Source: Pavona decussata (lineage: Eukaryota). From it: a DNA stretch of 64,000 bases. Positions within the stretch are counted from its first letter, which is position 1; every line of letters begins with the position of its first letter. The stretch covers positions 2,108,001 to 2,172,000 of the forward strand of contig CDRNST010000091.1 in the NCBI GenBank assembly GCA_977016875.1, written 5' to 3'. The position numbers and the translations under genes are program-made. The notes under the pieces are model-generated. The model did no database searches. It was given only the letters and a program-made list of their open reading frames with translations, and was not told where the DNA came from. This document shows, piece after piece, positions 1 to 15,300 of this stretch.

Positions 1-784
1 TGTTGTGGTGAACAGGTTTGTTGAGCCATCTGTGCTGGAAAAACTACATGTATCCACAGCACTATAATTATTTGGTCCTAATCAATTTGGTTCTGATAAG
101 AGAAAGTAATTACAAGAGGACTAGTTATAACAGTTCTGTATACATGTAAGTCACCTATTTTTGGCAGAAATTGTTATATGAGAGCAGTAAGAGGGTAAAT
201 GTTGTTTGAGCTTATTATTGTGTGATGTATTAAACTTTTACCTTGACCTGGTGCAGTCAAACATAAAAATTATGCAGCCTTGTTATATCCATTATTTTAT
301 AAATGCCAGTCTTTCTTAGCATGCGTGACTCTTTAACCTTCATTAAAATGACCCAATAATAATTACATTTTATAATCTGACAAACCTCAAAGGTAATCCT
401 CTTAGCACAGTATATCTTCCATTGACAGCTTTTAAGAACTTGTTGAGAAGTTTTTGCTTTCTTCAAACAAATCTGAGATGATCTGTGTAATGATTTTGTG
501 TTTTCTGCAAGCACATTTTCTGGAGAGTTCCATTTAGTCATGCAGTGCAGTATTAAATGCAATATGCGCAAACAGTCACAGAAAATAGACAAAACAAGAA
601 ATGACCCTTGAAGAAAACCATTGACCTGTAGAATTCATGGAATGCTTAATAAAAGTCAATTAACCTAAGGATTTTAAGATCATATGATACCTTTTATGGA
701 AGGGTTTTCCAAGTGTTAGAACTGAGCCATACTGTAGCTTTTCACCACTGAAATCTGTTCTTTGGTGGAAAAAACTCTTTGCAG

Positions 785-811
785 TTTCTCTTTCGAATTT
801 TATGGCAAATG
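785..811 (+). CDS. Candidate 27-nt phase-0 microexon or end of an alternative first exon (FLFRILWQM)
   Basis: ctctttgcag| acceptor and perfect ATG|gtaagt donor; phase matches the exon at 2991. Confidence 0.3.
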
Positions 812-860
812 GTAAGTGTTTGATAGTTGTGGTTAAAGTTCATTATTCAGAAACAAATCG

Positions 861-954
861 TGTAATCTTTGTGAAGAAAGAAATCTTCTAATTTTTGCGA
901 AGAAACAAAATCTTGTAATCTTTGTGAAGAAAGAAATCTTTTAATCTTTGTGAA
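861..954. repeat. ~26-27-bp tandem repeat, ~3.5 copies
   Basis: recurring taatctttgtgaagaaagaaatctt. Confidence 0.8.
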
Positions 955-1039
955 CCTGGATTGTGTTAGAAATGTTTGGTGACATATTGTACAATTTTGA
1001 TTCAGCATGATTAGAGTATGCATGACATAAATGTATATA

Positions 1040-1427
1040 CAGTCGAACCTCGATTATCCGGACCTCGATTATCCAGACTTTTTTCTCTGGTCCCAATTTT
1101 TTCATGAATATTAATTAGTTGTAATCTTGAAAACTAAAAGTCGCAAGAAGCCCAATAATCCTTTCAAAAGTCTGTTGAAACAGCGTATTATCCTGGGTAC
1201 TTTTCAAAATTTGCAAGTGCAACGAGACAATACCTGAACTTAAAGTTTTTATTTGTAAATACATTACAGGCTGTGTAGATTTCACAATTAAAATGATGTT
1301 TTCTTTGCTGTACCCTTTTGTTTACATTTCTATCTCATTAATATTCATATTTTCGATTATCTGGACTCTCGATTATCCAGACTTTTTACCGAGGTCCCGA
1401 CGAGTCCAGATAATCGAGGTTCGACTG
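1040..1427. mobile_element. Tc1/mariner-pogo-type MITE
   Basis: TIR CAGTCGAACCTCGATTATC(C/T)GGAC at both ends; TA left flank, TG right; subterminal cgattatccggac repeats. Confidence 0.85.
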
Positions 1428-2990
1428 TGCTGTAGATAGTAAGTTCACAAGAGTTATGTTATAGAATGCCACATCCTGAATGCCACCATGCATTTATGAT
1501 ATTTAGGGTTTAAACAATCCTGTATATACCAGGTGTTAGTGTATTTTGGGGTATACACTACATGTAAATGAATATATTTTTTTGGCATCATCACAGAGAC
1601 GACAACATACATGAAGTTGTTATAATACCAGTATCAGTTCTGAATTTGGTGTTCTGTGAAATGCTCCAACCGGCTAGTAAATATGCTCTGAAATAATGTC
1701 AACCTGTTCAATTTAAAACTATATTTTTGTAGGTGTAAATCTCTTTGGTGTTTTCATGTATTTGTTACAAGTTCAATGACTTATACTTGTGAATGAAAGT
1801 GATGTTTGGAAGTATACAATAATTATTGTTTTTGTTATGTTGTTTTTTGTACTGTGGTCCTCTGCACAGTCTAAAATTTTAACAGCATATTGAATTTTAA
1901 TATTTGTTTAAAAATTCCTCAAATTTCATTGATCATGCATGTTATGTTAAATATGATTCGATAAAATGCTAATATTTGGTGAAAAAGCAATGTTTGAAAT
2001 CACTTAACCTTGATCCAATGTTAATTTTTTGGTTAAATGCAATTAAATCTGGATTCTATCAAACTTCTTCAATTGGTTGAGGAATGTTAATTGCAATGCA
2101 AATGGCTAAAAATAGCTTGATATCATGTCATTAGTAGGACCTTGGGGGTATTGATGAATCATAACAGCAATTTCCATACTCCAGTTATCATGCATACATT
2201 ACATGATATGGAACTTACACCTACCATTTTTCTTTAATCAATGTTTGAAAATTATGCTATTTAAAAGTTCACATAAAATATCCTTCATTCAAGGCCCCTG
2301 CAGTCTTACACTGTTTTGCAGCGTTAGATGAAATTGGTTTGTTTGTTTTGTTCAAACACCCTTTCACATTATGTAGAGTTCATTGTTTATATAATAAGAC
2401 AGTAAATATTATTGCAGTCAATTTTTGGTCATTTATATAATTATCAGAGGCAAATGTTATCAGCTGAAGCCAAATGCTGATGCTGATACCACTTGTTGAG
2501 GCCTTTTAATTATTCAAGATTAATCACTGAAGCTGTGTCCACAAAGATATCAATCTCAAGAAATGCTAAATGTTGTATTCTACCCCCCTCAAGCCTCAAT
2601 CCACTCTCTCCAAAAATGGTCCAATTGTGTGAGGGAATTGAAAGCTTGTGCTTGAACATAAATTTTTGATCCTGAAAACGAAACCTGCTTTGTTGAAAAA
2701 ATATAATTGTTTTCTCTTAAAATTATTTGAGAACCAGAAACACAAAACTGTTTGTCAGAATGAACGAAGTAAAAGTTTTACTTATTAGGGGTTGAATTTT
2801 TCATGGTAGTTTACATGCAGTGGGGTGAAGAAGGGAAAGCTGTGCTTGATTATAGAGTTAATGCAAAAGTTAAGATTTAGTAGAGAGCTCTTATGGTTTA
2901 CCAGATTTTATGCTAATGTTGAGTTATAGTTATTTTTGAAGTGTTATTGTTCTACTGACAGTGAGTTTGATTTTGCATTTGTCTGAACAG

Positions 2991-3344
2991 TTCTCTGAGA
3001 AAATTGATACGACACAAGATGAAATCAGCAGGGTCCTTTTGGCGGAAGATGTCACCTCATCATCATCATTACTCCACCAACATCAAGAGCTGAGAAAAAG
3101 TGTCCTGGAATTATCAATGCAGACTTTATCCAAAGGACAGGCACTCCTAGACAGATTACGCGAGGCAAGCACACATGCAGACATAAACAACCAGCATGCG
3201 ACCAAAGTGGCATGTTACAGTGTTGAGCGTATTCTGGAAGCTTTGCATCATCGACGACAACAGCTTGATGAGCAATGGAGGGAGAGGAAAAAGGTTCTAG
3301 AACAGTGTATCAAGAGATGCAAGATTGATGAAGAAATACAAAAG
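2991..3344 (+). CDS. Exon 1 (in window), spectrin-like repeat
   Basis: gaacag|TTC...AAG|gtatgc; FSEKIDTTQDE...EQWRERKKVLEQC; 354 nt, phase 0-0. Confidence 0.9.
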
Positions 3345-6300
3345 GTATGCTAGAGGGCTGTTACTAATGTTGCATTTTTGGCAGGGGGTGGGTGGTGAGG
3401 GTAGAAACCAACAAAACTGAAGAGCTGTAGGTGACGGAGTTACAACGGTACAAGACAGATCTTGTGTTTTAAAAAGGTTTTTGAAATTTAACTTGTGAAG
3501 GTTCCTTTTTCATTTGTTGCCAATGGAGGAGAAAAAGGAAAAGAATGTATTTAATATTTATTTTTTGTTTTCATTTAAACCAATAGTAATAAAAAGTTAT
3601 TTATACAGGAACATCCAGTTTAACTTAGCTAGAGTAGTTTAAGTGGAGTCCTGTGACACATGTAGTTCATACAGTCATGGAAAGTCATGAAATTTGAGTT
3701 TTTTTCCAAAATTGTTTTTTGCTGATGGTTGAAAAGTAATTAAAGGAAATTTAGGAAACTTTGGGTCAAGCATCAAAACGTTCAGCCAGACAGCTGTAGC
3801 AGCTGTCAATTTTGAAGTCATGAAATTGGATTAAAATTCAAGAAAACATCATGGGTGCCATTACCACTCCTAGTGAAAGCAGGGGGAACCATCTCTGTAC
3901 ATGTAAGTCTGTCAACAATGATGTTATCACATGGTATGGGCCAGTGAGAGTTTACAAGTGGTAATCTTGCCATTTGTAACAGATGGGAAGCACAGTAGAA
4001 TTTATTTATTATATGAGCAAATTTGCTTGAATCACATCGTAACATATAAAATAATTTCATTGTTTGTTATCACAGATCACCAAGTGGCTGAATGAAGATG
4101 CAGAGGATTATCTGAGCTACAAAGAATATGGAGACTCTGCAGCCTCAACTCAAGTCCTGCTTGATGAACATGCCAAGTTTGAAGAAGCAGCCAAGGTAGA
4201 TTTACATGTATACATCTGGCCCCAGTTGTTCAAAGAGCAGATAACTGTACCAACTGGATAAGTCGCTATCCAGAGGAGCTAAATGTACTCCAACCAATGC
4301 TTTTGGCAAGTTTTCCACATACATACTGTATGCTTCTACTCTTCCACAAATTATAGGGCAATCAGGAGAATCTTGCACACATTTTTATCTGCCAGATAGC
4401 GAACTATCCAGTGGATAAAATTATCCGCCCTTTTAACAACTGGGACCAGTTTGTTGTTGTTTACTCTTTGCAGTGGAACATTGATTTAATGAAGTGTCAA
4501 GGGACTAGAGAAATTGCTTTGTTATATAGCTTCTGTTCCATACATTTTTAAAGGCCGGGATGGAGAATATGTTTCGTTATACCGAGATCTTTGATATGTT
4601 GAAGTTCATTAAATGGAAGCTCCACTGTATCAGCTTCTGGTGGTGCAGTGGTTATCTTGTTGGGCTTTTGATCAGCGGAAGATAGTTTAGATACAGTATA
4701 TTAGAGGTTGGCCTCTGAATTGGTTATTTAGCGATGACTAGAAATGCAGATTGCAGTTTTGTGTAAATGGAACTAGATTGTTTTGCTCGTTCCAGTGGAA
4801 AATTTCCAGTAGAAAAGGAGTGCCTGAAAATGTAGTCCTGTTTTCGCAATTGGTCATTCTGAATGGAAATTTGTGTTCCAGTGATATGTTATTCATCACT
4901 GCTCCACTTCCTGGCCTTTAGCTTTCATGGCCAAGCCAAACTTAGTCTCATTTCAAATTACAGTTTCTTTGTTCTTCCTAAAATGGAAATTCCCAACCAA
5001 ACATTTTCTATGAATAGTAAACAACCGTTGACTCTCTCCACCCAGGTGTATAAATAGTTACTGGTGTATGATTATGCAAACGTACAAAGAATTAAAATTT
5101 ACCCTCCTAGTTACTGTATTTATCTTGAGTGTTTGATGCTGTGCACAGGATTCTGATATGTACTTGCAGTCAGCAAGTAGTTTTTATAATTATCCTTTTA
5201 AAATGAGCAAAACTGGTAAAGGAAAGTAGTTGGCAAGTAGATCCTGTTTTCAACTTCGGTTTCTTTCATATCAAAATTAGGAAAAGGAGGAGGCTGGACA
5301 TAGACTGGCACGAGAAACGGAAAAACTTGTGCATGGCGACTTTGCTGACATGCAAGACACACAAGTCAAGATAACCCAGCTTCAGACAAACTTGCAGTTA
5401 TTGAAACAACGTGTGGATGAAAGAAAGAAGCTGCTATTGGAGACGTTAGCCTATTACAAAAATAACAGACGAGTAAGTGATGGCCTTTGCTTTAAATGCA
5501 TGCAATGATCAGCTAATGTGCATGAAAGTTAACGTAGATTGCAACTTAATTCCCTGAGAACACAACCTGGCCACACTCCAAACAAGAGGCAGCATGGCCT
5601 TGTGGTAAGAGAGGAAATACAGGTAACAATTATGGACCAAGCCCTTAATCTCTCTGCCTTCGGCTACAACAGCTGTAGATGGATTCAGTTGTAACTATAT
5701 GCGTGACCAACTGTATGGAGGACTTAGAGCTGTCACTAGTAATCATCAGTTGCCTTTTGAAGCCAACAACTGCAGTGAAGATGGCTGGCTACTTTTAGTT
5801 TATGGCCAGCTACTTTTAATTATTAATTTGTGGAGCTGGCTTCTTCAAACCTGCATGACCGTCCTGTGGACTAGTTAACATTCTATCCAGTCATAGCCAT
5901 AATGCTCAGGGACCAGACCACCATGAGAGGAGTACAATATCTGACACACTACATGTGTGCCTCCTGGTCTCTCTCCTTTGACGATCCTTGCAGTGGGAGA
6001 TGTAGTACTCCTACGATCGTGGACAGAACTGTTAAGAAATTCTTAGTCAATGTACAAGTTTGGGTGCTAATGTTGTGATACATCAACAACACAGCCCCCC
6101 TCCCCTTCACCAATTTTTGTTGGTCTGTCACTGAAAGAAAAGGCGGGGCCATAGTCTGGCCTTCAAAACAACCTTGAGTGGGGGCGGGGGGGGGGGAGGG
6201 GTGTGAGGAGAGAGATTGAAGGTTTCCTATTCTCCAGATGGTGTTTTCCTCAAGGGAGATTGAAATGTACAGGGGATATGTGCAAAATTTGCATTTTTCT

Positions 6301-9300
6301 CCTCTAGTTTTGCCCACAATTGTACATGCGTAGATGCTTCATGCTGCAGAAACCGGGTGTGTGAGCCCAGTGCAGTGTTTCAACTTGTGACCCAGAGAAT
6401 GCTGGCTTCCTGATGCAGCAAATGGAATGATAATTAAAAACTTAAGAAGATTTGGAGAGATCCATGGATGTCTAGATTGACCTCTTAAAATAATTTATTC
6501 ACTCCCTGACTTTGTAAGTTATCTGGAATGCTGCATGTGTGGCGTAAGTGCAACTTAAAGATTTTCCCATTTCTTGGTTATGTTATTTTGCAGGCTCTAA
6601 ATAAACTTAATGAAATTGGTGATAAAATAACAGAAGAGAAGCTGACAGTTGAAGATCAGAAAGAGCTTTATGGAGCAATTTACGCAGCCACGGCAACACA
6701 GCTGCGAGACGGAAAGATGTTACAGGAGAAAATGGCAGATGTCAAACAAAAACCAGTGGTGGTGAGAATGTATGAAGAACTGCAAGAAAAAAGCACTGCT
6801 TTGCTTGTCAATGTGGAACCGGATCCTTCTACAAAGGAGATTGAAGATGTAAGAAACATCAAGACTTTCATATGCTGGAGCAACCAAATTGATACGCGCA
6901 GCAAATTTCTTTGTTGTGATTTATGGTCATGATTCATGTGATTCGGTCACCATATGCATCATGCATGCTACAGTGAGTTTTCAGAAAATGAAGCAATTGA
7001 AAGTACTTTTTCATGAAATGAATATCAATATGCTTTGTGTTGTTTGTGTTCTGTGCCTGCAGGTGTACAACTGGATAAAGAATGTGGGGGATGACTTTTT
7101 GGTTAACAATACAGTGATGGGTGATTCTGTGAAAACATCACAAGAGTTCTTGTATTTGCACAAAGAGCTTGACTCAGAAAAGGAGGTAAGATGTGCAATC
7201 ACCTGTTGTCAGCATTATAATGTTCTGATCTGCTGGGTGCTCATTTCAAGACCTTTTTTGGGTAGAGGGATGGGGGTGGGTTTGGGTGAAGGAAGGACAA
7301 CAGACAAAGAGACAGAGGAGGGTGAAGGGAGTAGGATTTATTTCAATTTTACATTACTTATAGCAGTACAGGAGGAAAGGTTTATTCCAGTTTGTTCTTT
7401 GAACAAGTTACCCTTACCCTGGGACATTATGAGTCCCTTGTTCAGGTACTTAAATTTAGTTTTTCTTTAAGCCGCTGTTACACTGGGCAATTTTTCTTGC
7501 AACTTGTCTCGCAATCTCGTTGAGCCGTTGTGGCGCAAGTTGCACAGATCATTGCATAGTGTAACATACATGTACCCTGAAATTAACCTGTCTCACAACG
7601 CTTTTGTTGCAGTCACCGTTGCACAAAGTAGAACTGACTTCTACTTCTGGCAACGGTTACGGCAAGAAAAAAATTGCGAGACATGTTCATTTCAGGGCAC
7701 GTTACACTAGGCAACGATTTGTGCAACTTGTGGGGCAACAAAATTGCAAGACAAGTCGCAAGAAAAATTGCCTAATGTAACAGCTCCTTTAGAGTAACTG
7801 GTACATGGCACCAAAACTTTCTTTCCCAGGGCAAAAGTTGTGCACACCCACCTGATGGCCATTTTGTCATGTCATCTCCTCATACAAGAAACTTACCTGA
7901 CTGTACTCCACATTGTCTCTCGCACTCTACCTAGATGTGTGAATGGGTACTGGTGAAAAAATGTAGGGTGGGCAGAACCCTACAATGGCTTAGTACCCCA
8001 TCCAGAGGAGAGCAGTAATACTCCTAAATGTAGTTGCATTAGGCTTTTTACAACAACTGTCAAAATCCTGTGTGCTGATTGGCTCATAGCTGTAGTCTGT
8101 AAGCATACAGACAATGAAAATGATGTGAGATGTAAAGTGCTTGCTTTTCAATGGAAAAGGCCAATTCCGCTCATACATTTTCCATGTTATTGTAAAAAAC
8201 ATGTTGATAGCTGTTTTCTTGGCATTGAAACCACTGACCTTTTGCTCATGGTTCCACTTCAGTTTTCACATTTTTTTACAATGTTTTTACAGTCTTCATT
8301 TCACTTTTATTTTTGACGCTACCTCGTAAAGATTACACACACCATGATGGCCAGCGGTGTTCATTGATTTTAAAAACTCCGGAAGTGGCTGTCCCTGGCA
8401 ATGTCCCAGCTTGTTGTGAAAGAGTATATACCGTAGAAAACTGCCATCACTTTGCTAAAATGAATCTGGGTTATGCTTTGGTTTTATAGACCACATGTGG
8501 GTTTGGTTTGACTTGTCCTTACCTGCATGTAGATGACTACTGAGGTTATTTTTGTGAGCCTTAGGTGCATGTGCATTATAGTGCACTGAATAGAGATGTT
8601 AATGGGGATGATGGTGATCGTTTCTTAATTAAAATGCCATATTAAGTTATTTTAAGACCTCTGCTTAGCTGTGGTTGATCTGCTAAATTAACCTTGTTGA
8701 TGTACTTGCAGCATCTGGAAGACACAGTGGCCAAGGCTCTTGATGTTTCTAAAGTTCGATCAAAGACAGACATTGGTAAGGTGCAAGACATCCAGGATCT
8801 CTGGTCAATCTTCACTGCTCGCCTTGAATACAGACTCACCTTGGGAAAAATGTATTTTGATTTCCATCGTCACAGACAACTGGTGAGTGTTTCAAGGGAA
8901 AGACTAGCTATCTTCCGCAATAAAATGGGAACCAAAAAGTGGAAACCATTGTATGAGACAGGTTTCTCAAGAAAATTGTAAGGGTGCATGGAATAAGGCC
9001 CTCAGTGACTTTTGATGTAAGGTCAAATTCTCCTTTTGTTTCACAAGCAAAAACAAGGCAATTTGGAAGGAGAATCTAGCAATCTATCACAAGTCACTTG
9101 GGGCTTTTATACAGGCACCCCTTCAATTATTGTAATCACATAATGGACAGGTGTAATTTCCAGAGATTTCCTAAGAAAAATGTCAGTAGTATTTAGCATG
9201 GTATGAGTATAAGATGTGGTGATGGCCCTTTATCATGAAGATGAACACGGATAAACTCAAGAGCTTTTAATCACACTACAGCAAGCACGCCATGTTACAA

Positions 9301-12300
9301 GACCATAATTTCTAGCGAGCCTAACCTCATATAATAGACACGAAATGTCTCTTAACACTGCATGTAAACACTACACTATATTCACCGAGCTACACACATA
9401 CCTTGTTATGTAGTTGATTTGCTAGGTTCCTATGTGACGTGCATCCTGCATATTGCCAGGATCGGCAATGCCAAGTTTCCTCTCTGCTGATTAAGAGAGA
9501 AAAAATGGTAAATTCCTGTTTGTCTGACTTGGTACTACTGTATCTCTACAGCTTTTTGGCAAACTGGATGAACTGACAAACCAGTTAACAAGTGATGAGC
9601 CCAAGGAGAATGTTGATGCCTCTCCAGCAATGCTAGCTCGGCAGGAGCAGCTGCAGGATGCAATCCTTTCAGCTTCTGGACAAATGCAGAAGGAGTCACA
9701 AGCTTTGTTAGATGAACTCAGAAAAGTAAGTGCTGGGGTAATTTAGTGTCTCTTGTCAAGTGTGATTTTAGAGATGAGAGAATTTGTTCTCTGGCGATTG
9801 ATATTAAGGGTGCTCTCCATTTGTCAGAAGTGTCCGACCAGACCAGTCAGTTTGTAAACTGAATGTTCTAGTTTCAAGTTTTATCCTGGTCCTTTGAATT
9901 TTTTAAGAAAAAGTGCAATAGTGCATACCCTTTTTGGAGTGATTATTTTTCAAAATTTTGCAGTACCATCCCTTCAAAATGACAAATATGATTTAGAGAA
10001 TGGCTGGTCTGGCCAGTCAGTTCTAGCAAATGTAAAAGCACTCTTAGAAAGTTTATGTGGAAGACATCTTCAGACTCATGCCTCTAAGGGTAGCTTTTGT
10101 TTAGGTCATTGAGTAGTCATTCTCCAACATGTCTTCTTTATTAGGATGTTCAAACCACTGACTCTCCTGGGTTTGATGACGTCATAACCAAAAAGTGGAA
10201 CATTCATCTGTTGAGTATATCTGGCTGAACTTAGTACACCATGAATCTAAGTTGTACACACTACTGTGTCAGGTCCATTTGTGACTAGCTTTCTGCACAT
10301 AGAGTGGAGGGACAAAAATGATCATTAGCAGCCGTGTAAAGTTGGCTACTTGCTACTTAAAGTCTGTAACGGTTAGAAAATTAAACCAGCAACACTTGCA
10401 TGAGAAATCCCCAGGGTGTTTCTGGCAGGGTTGTGGGGGTGGGGGGAGTTGGATGGTTTGGGATAAAACCTGCTTTGAATGGTGGTGGGGGAAGGGAATT
10501 GAAGAAGACTCTCCTAATAGGTCTAATGAGCCCACATTTTGCTTTCCAAGGAACCTAAAGAAGAGCACTTGGACAGGAGTGGAGCTGCTGATTGTATCCA
10601 GAAGTTCCTGGCCACCCTAGAGGCAAGGGTACATAAACTTGGCCAGCTGTGGACACTTAGAGAAGAACAACTCCACAAGAACAGGCAGCTTAATGCTGAG
10701 TTTGTTCAGTTTGAAAAAGACACTCGAGAGGTGAGTTTTTTTTATACTACCTAAAATATTTGATGGCTGTTTCTCCTGCTACTTAAGTTGTTTTGTGCCA
10801 TGTGACAAAACATTACATACAACATTAGGTTCCAGGAGAACAGTAAGGGGTAGGAAATGGTTGGTTCGACAATGCTAGGTAATTGCTTTGGCTACAGTAT
10901 ACATACAAGCTAGTTAGTTAAATGCAGAATACACAGGGCACAACGAGAATGTTTGAGGAAATTGATCAGTCCTTAGCTTGCTTGAAGTGTCAATGCATCA
11001 TCATGCTGCCAACCAACATTTATTTTGCTTCTGTCATGTCAGGTCATTTTGTGGATCAAGGAACAGAGTGATACATTTTTCCCTGTCAAAGTAGACTACA
11101 GCTCCCTTCCAGCTGATCCACGAGAACTGGAGGACAAGCTGAGAAGATTCAAAGATGCTGCCAGGGTAAGTTGAGGACAGCAATAACACAGAAGAGTAAA
11201 CTCATTATTGATTGATGCTTAACTAAGGCATAGGTACAGTGCAGTTCTGCTTTACCTTAAGGTGGCCGAACACAGTTTGCGCGCGCTTTACAAATTCTGT
11301 TAGTGATGCTATTAAGCGCGTGCTAGGGTTGTGGTACGCAAATACGGGGGTCGATAAAGTGATCCCTCTCTCCACGTGAAATGAATAATAAAGTTAACTT
11401 TTGATCCTAAATAACTAAGTTTCTCGTTTCTGGACTCTTTTTCTTTTCTTTCCAAGAAAAAAAATCATTTAACAAGACCTTTTGCATGCTTTTCATCTTT
11501 GCCATGAAACCCAATTAAAGCCACGCATGCGCATTTGACCAAAAATTGTGACTGGTTGTTTTCGTGGAAATAAACTGTTTTCTAAGGAACCACTCATTAG
11601 AATTTCGTGACATTTGGCATGAAAATAGTTCCCTAAAAGCGTAACTCGCCTACAGAGAGAAATCTAAATCTAACAGAGGGTATCTTTACAAAACATTAAA
11701 ATGCAAAATCAATATTTACAGGAGATCTCTCGGTTAAAATTACATGAAAGTAGTGCAACCTTGTCAGTGTTTTGTGAGTTTTTCTGGATACAAAAAATGG
11801 AAAAAATCTAATGAGTACATTTTCCACAAATAAAGGAAACCTACTATTTATGGACGTTTAATAGTTCGCTGCATTGCCATGGAAACGGTACTTAGATCAA
11901 CAAGACGTACGAAAATACATTCCTTCTTAGTTAGTCTTACACCATACCAATTTTGGGCGTCCAGAAGTACATAGTTTCCAAATAAAGTCTTCTAACACCT
12001 GTACACTAAAAAACTGTATTCGGCCACCATAAGACCTTGTCTTCTTATCCTTTTCAAACACATTCTATGAAATCTCCAATAATTGGAGATTATTATTTGC
12101 ATATTCTTGTCAGAATAATTATTAAAATGCTGATTGCCGTGGATAAGCAGAATAGAAACAACTATGAAAGAGTAGAGAAGGATTTTAAACTTGCTTTTAA
12201 TTTATTGGTGAGCTTTGGGATTGGTGGTTTAAGGAAGGTAGGGCTGCTGCCTTCAGATGCTGTAAAAAAGCAGCAACAAAGGTACCCATAACAACAATGT

Positions 12301-15300
12301 ACAGCTACAAGTTCACCCACCCACCAAACCTCCCACCTTGGGAAGCGTTGCTGTTGCGAGGCCATCCAGGCATGACATGTAACAATATTTAAGAACAAGG
12401 TCACAAAGCAAACACCGCATTTTAAAGCAGAGGTCTACAACATTCACAAGCAGCAGATGCAACATTATTTTAGCCAAACATGTAGGCCTGTGAACACTCT
12501 AAAGAGCTACAGCGTACATCACATTTCACATAAGCTTTTCCTTTCACAATAAAATACCGAATATGTGCCCTACTACTGTGAGCATGTTTTAAAGTTTTGG
12601 TGGGGACTAAATGGAACAGTGGGCTTATCATATTTTTTGGTAGCTCTCTAAGGCTGTCACATGAAGTGAAACCTGCTCATTTCACGTTCCTATTTGTCAC
12701 CTCCATTTCACTTTCAAGAACAGCAAGCACCACTTACCATGCATGCACACGTATCTTTCTGCTTATTCTTATTAAATGCAAGCAAGAAATTTTGATTTTG
12801 GTTTATAGCAAATTAAGTGTTTGTCTATTCTTGTTCCTCAGCGCACAGATGAAGATGTCCAATCTCATCTACAGGCTGCAGAACAGCTCTCTGAGGCAGA
12901 AGGTAGTTACAAAGCAGCCATCAGAGTCATCACAGATGAACTGCAGATTGCATATCAGAGATTTAAGACCCTTCTTGCAGATTACGAGGTGCTCTTGTCC
13001 ATGTCAGCAACATTTTACACAAGTGTTGAAAAGGTGAGTTGAGGTCTGTTTCTATCTACCTAAAATTTGGTGATTTTTCTCTAATTGACATGTGCTTTGT
13101 TTGAAGACTTGGAATTCAGAAAGAGCAGTGACGAGAACTTACACATGGCGAATTTGTTGTTGTTTTTGAAATTTTTAGTGTTCTTTTCAAAGCTCTTCTA
13201 CCTCGACCACTGGTTAGTGTGATTTCAATATTTGAGAACTGACAAAAAATTCAACCCACATAAAAAATTTTAGCATTTATTCTTGGATATTAATCCATGC
13301 CAGAGGCACACACATCACTGTGTCATCAACCTTTTTGAGTTCAAGTTTAGATATAATAGATTGATTTCTACATCTGGAAGGAATGGTTAAAGCCCAGTGA
13401 TATGACTTTTTAATTCCAAGATTAGTGTTGAATAAGTTACACTTTTAAGTGTTCTCAACACTGATTTCCTTCGCAGCTTCTGCAAATGATGGATGACATG
13501 ACCTATGGAATACAAAATCAGCCTCTTCCAAGAGATACAAACAATGCACAGCTCCTGCTTCAAGATCATCTTGCCAACTACCAGACAGTCCAGGATCTTT
13601 ACAACTTCACCACTGTGAATGCCCAAGATGTGCTGAGCCGGGCAGCCACGTCATCTGCGGTCTCTGTGTCCCGCGAAGAGATCAAAGGCTTCCTTGAAAA
13701 GTCAGAAGGGAGACATGACGAGTGGCGTAGCCTTTGGGAACATCATAAGGACAAGCTGGAGGAAAGTGTCCGCCTGTGTGAATTTGAACAGGCTATCAGT
13801 ACGGTAGGTTTTCATGGTTTGGTTTTGAAACAAAAACCATTTAATGGAATGAATGTGTCACTGACTTCATGTAGCATGTTCGAGTTTATAATTCCTTTGA
13901 TATCATGACTGTGTCATTTGGTAACAGTTTGGCATTTGTAGGATAGGGTAGTCATCGCCCTTTCATTTTACGTTCAAGTCCCAGCCTCGTGGACCATGGT
14001 GCTGAATTATGAGACATCTCTATGGCAGACGCAATCTGGAAGAGCACTGAGCTCTGGGAGTCATACGGATGTTTGAGCTTCCTCCTGCACCATACCTTTA
14101 ATTCACAGAAAGGAAATACTGTACTATGATAAACGAGATGTATTAGATGAATGCACTTTCTTAGTCAAAGTAATTTTGCTTCTTTGCTTTTCTTTTGTAG
14201 GTCAATCTTACTATTGAGGAACACACTCGGGAACTGCTGGCTCTCAACCGAAAATTTGGTGTCACTCTGCTTGATGCTGTTACTCTGCTGCAAGAGTCAG
14301 ATGCATTTCTAGAATCAGTCAAGGTAGGAAGGAAAATTGAGTAACCATAATATCAAGCGTTAAGCATCTTCATCCAATCACTGTAAACCCCTCCTGCAAT
14401 AATACATGTTCCTTGAAATGTATGTTTGAGAAAGCTGATACCTTTGGGATTGGTTGCACATGTGTGTACTGATGTTTATTCATGTTCATGGTATGGATAC
14501 CTTTAATCTAGATGTAGCTCTAAGTACCAAGTGAAAAGTAAGTTGACAGTTTTGACTTCATTCTTGCAAGAAGTGAGTATTGAGAATTGAGTTTAGCATC
14601 AAGAGTCAGTTTACTTGAAACTGTACTTGATTTCCTGTACTCCATTCGTGTGAAAAGAGCTCAAGCAAAATATCTTGATTACTCATGCAAGGTTGAAGCT
14701 TTGAGAAAGTTATTTATGCTTTCAAGAGAGACCAACAACATTGTTTGCCTAGAGCACCACAACTAAATTTGTAGGTTTTGGTACACACCATGGGACTTGT
14801 CCCCACTGTGTGTAAATGATGGGACCTTTTGGAGAGTTCTACAAAACTATCCTAGGGAATGAGCTCACATGTGAGGGGACTTTTTGATGGGAGAGAATGT
14901 TTTGGTCTGCAATTGATATATTTTTTATTTGATCGCAAGGGTTTGTTCCACAAAGTAGATGTAATTGTTTGTAATTTGTAATTTAATGTAATGCAATTTA
15001 ATGGCAATGTAATTTGTTTGTGTTTAAGGGCAAGTTTATGGTAATCGACCTCATGATTCTGTGGAATGGGTCTTGCTCCCCCCAAAAAGATTTCAGGGTC
15101 AAAATGGTTGAATAGCTTTACCTGTATGTGATTTAAACCTGCAATCATTACATTGTTCTCACAGCCTGCAGATAGAGAAGTTGGTAGACTGGTTGATGAA
15201 GCAGAAAAGCTGAGGCAGATAAATCACCATGATGCGCCTGCTATTATGCGGCAAGTATCTGCAATGGAGTCTCGCTGGCAGAGATTTCTGTCCAGGATGG

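Noticed and set aside
257-592. 111-aa minus-strand ORF
   Set aside because: It has no recognisable motif and lies in AT-rich intronic sequence
861-954. CRISPR-like array
   Set aside because: The tandem units are contiguous without spacers, and the context is eukaryotic
7880-8050. Old SINE-core remnants here and at ~5030-5110 and ~44560-44740
   Set aside because: They are probably real but too decayed to delimit, so I did not list them as features
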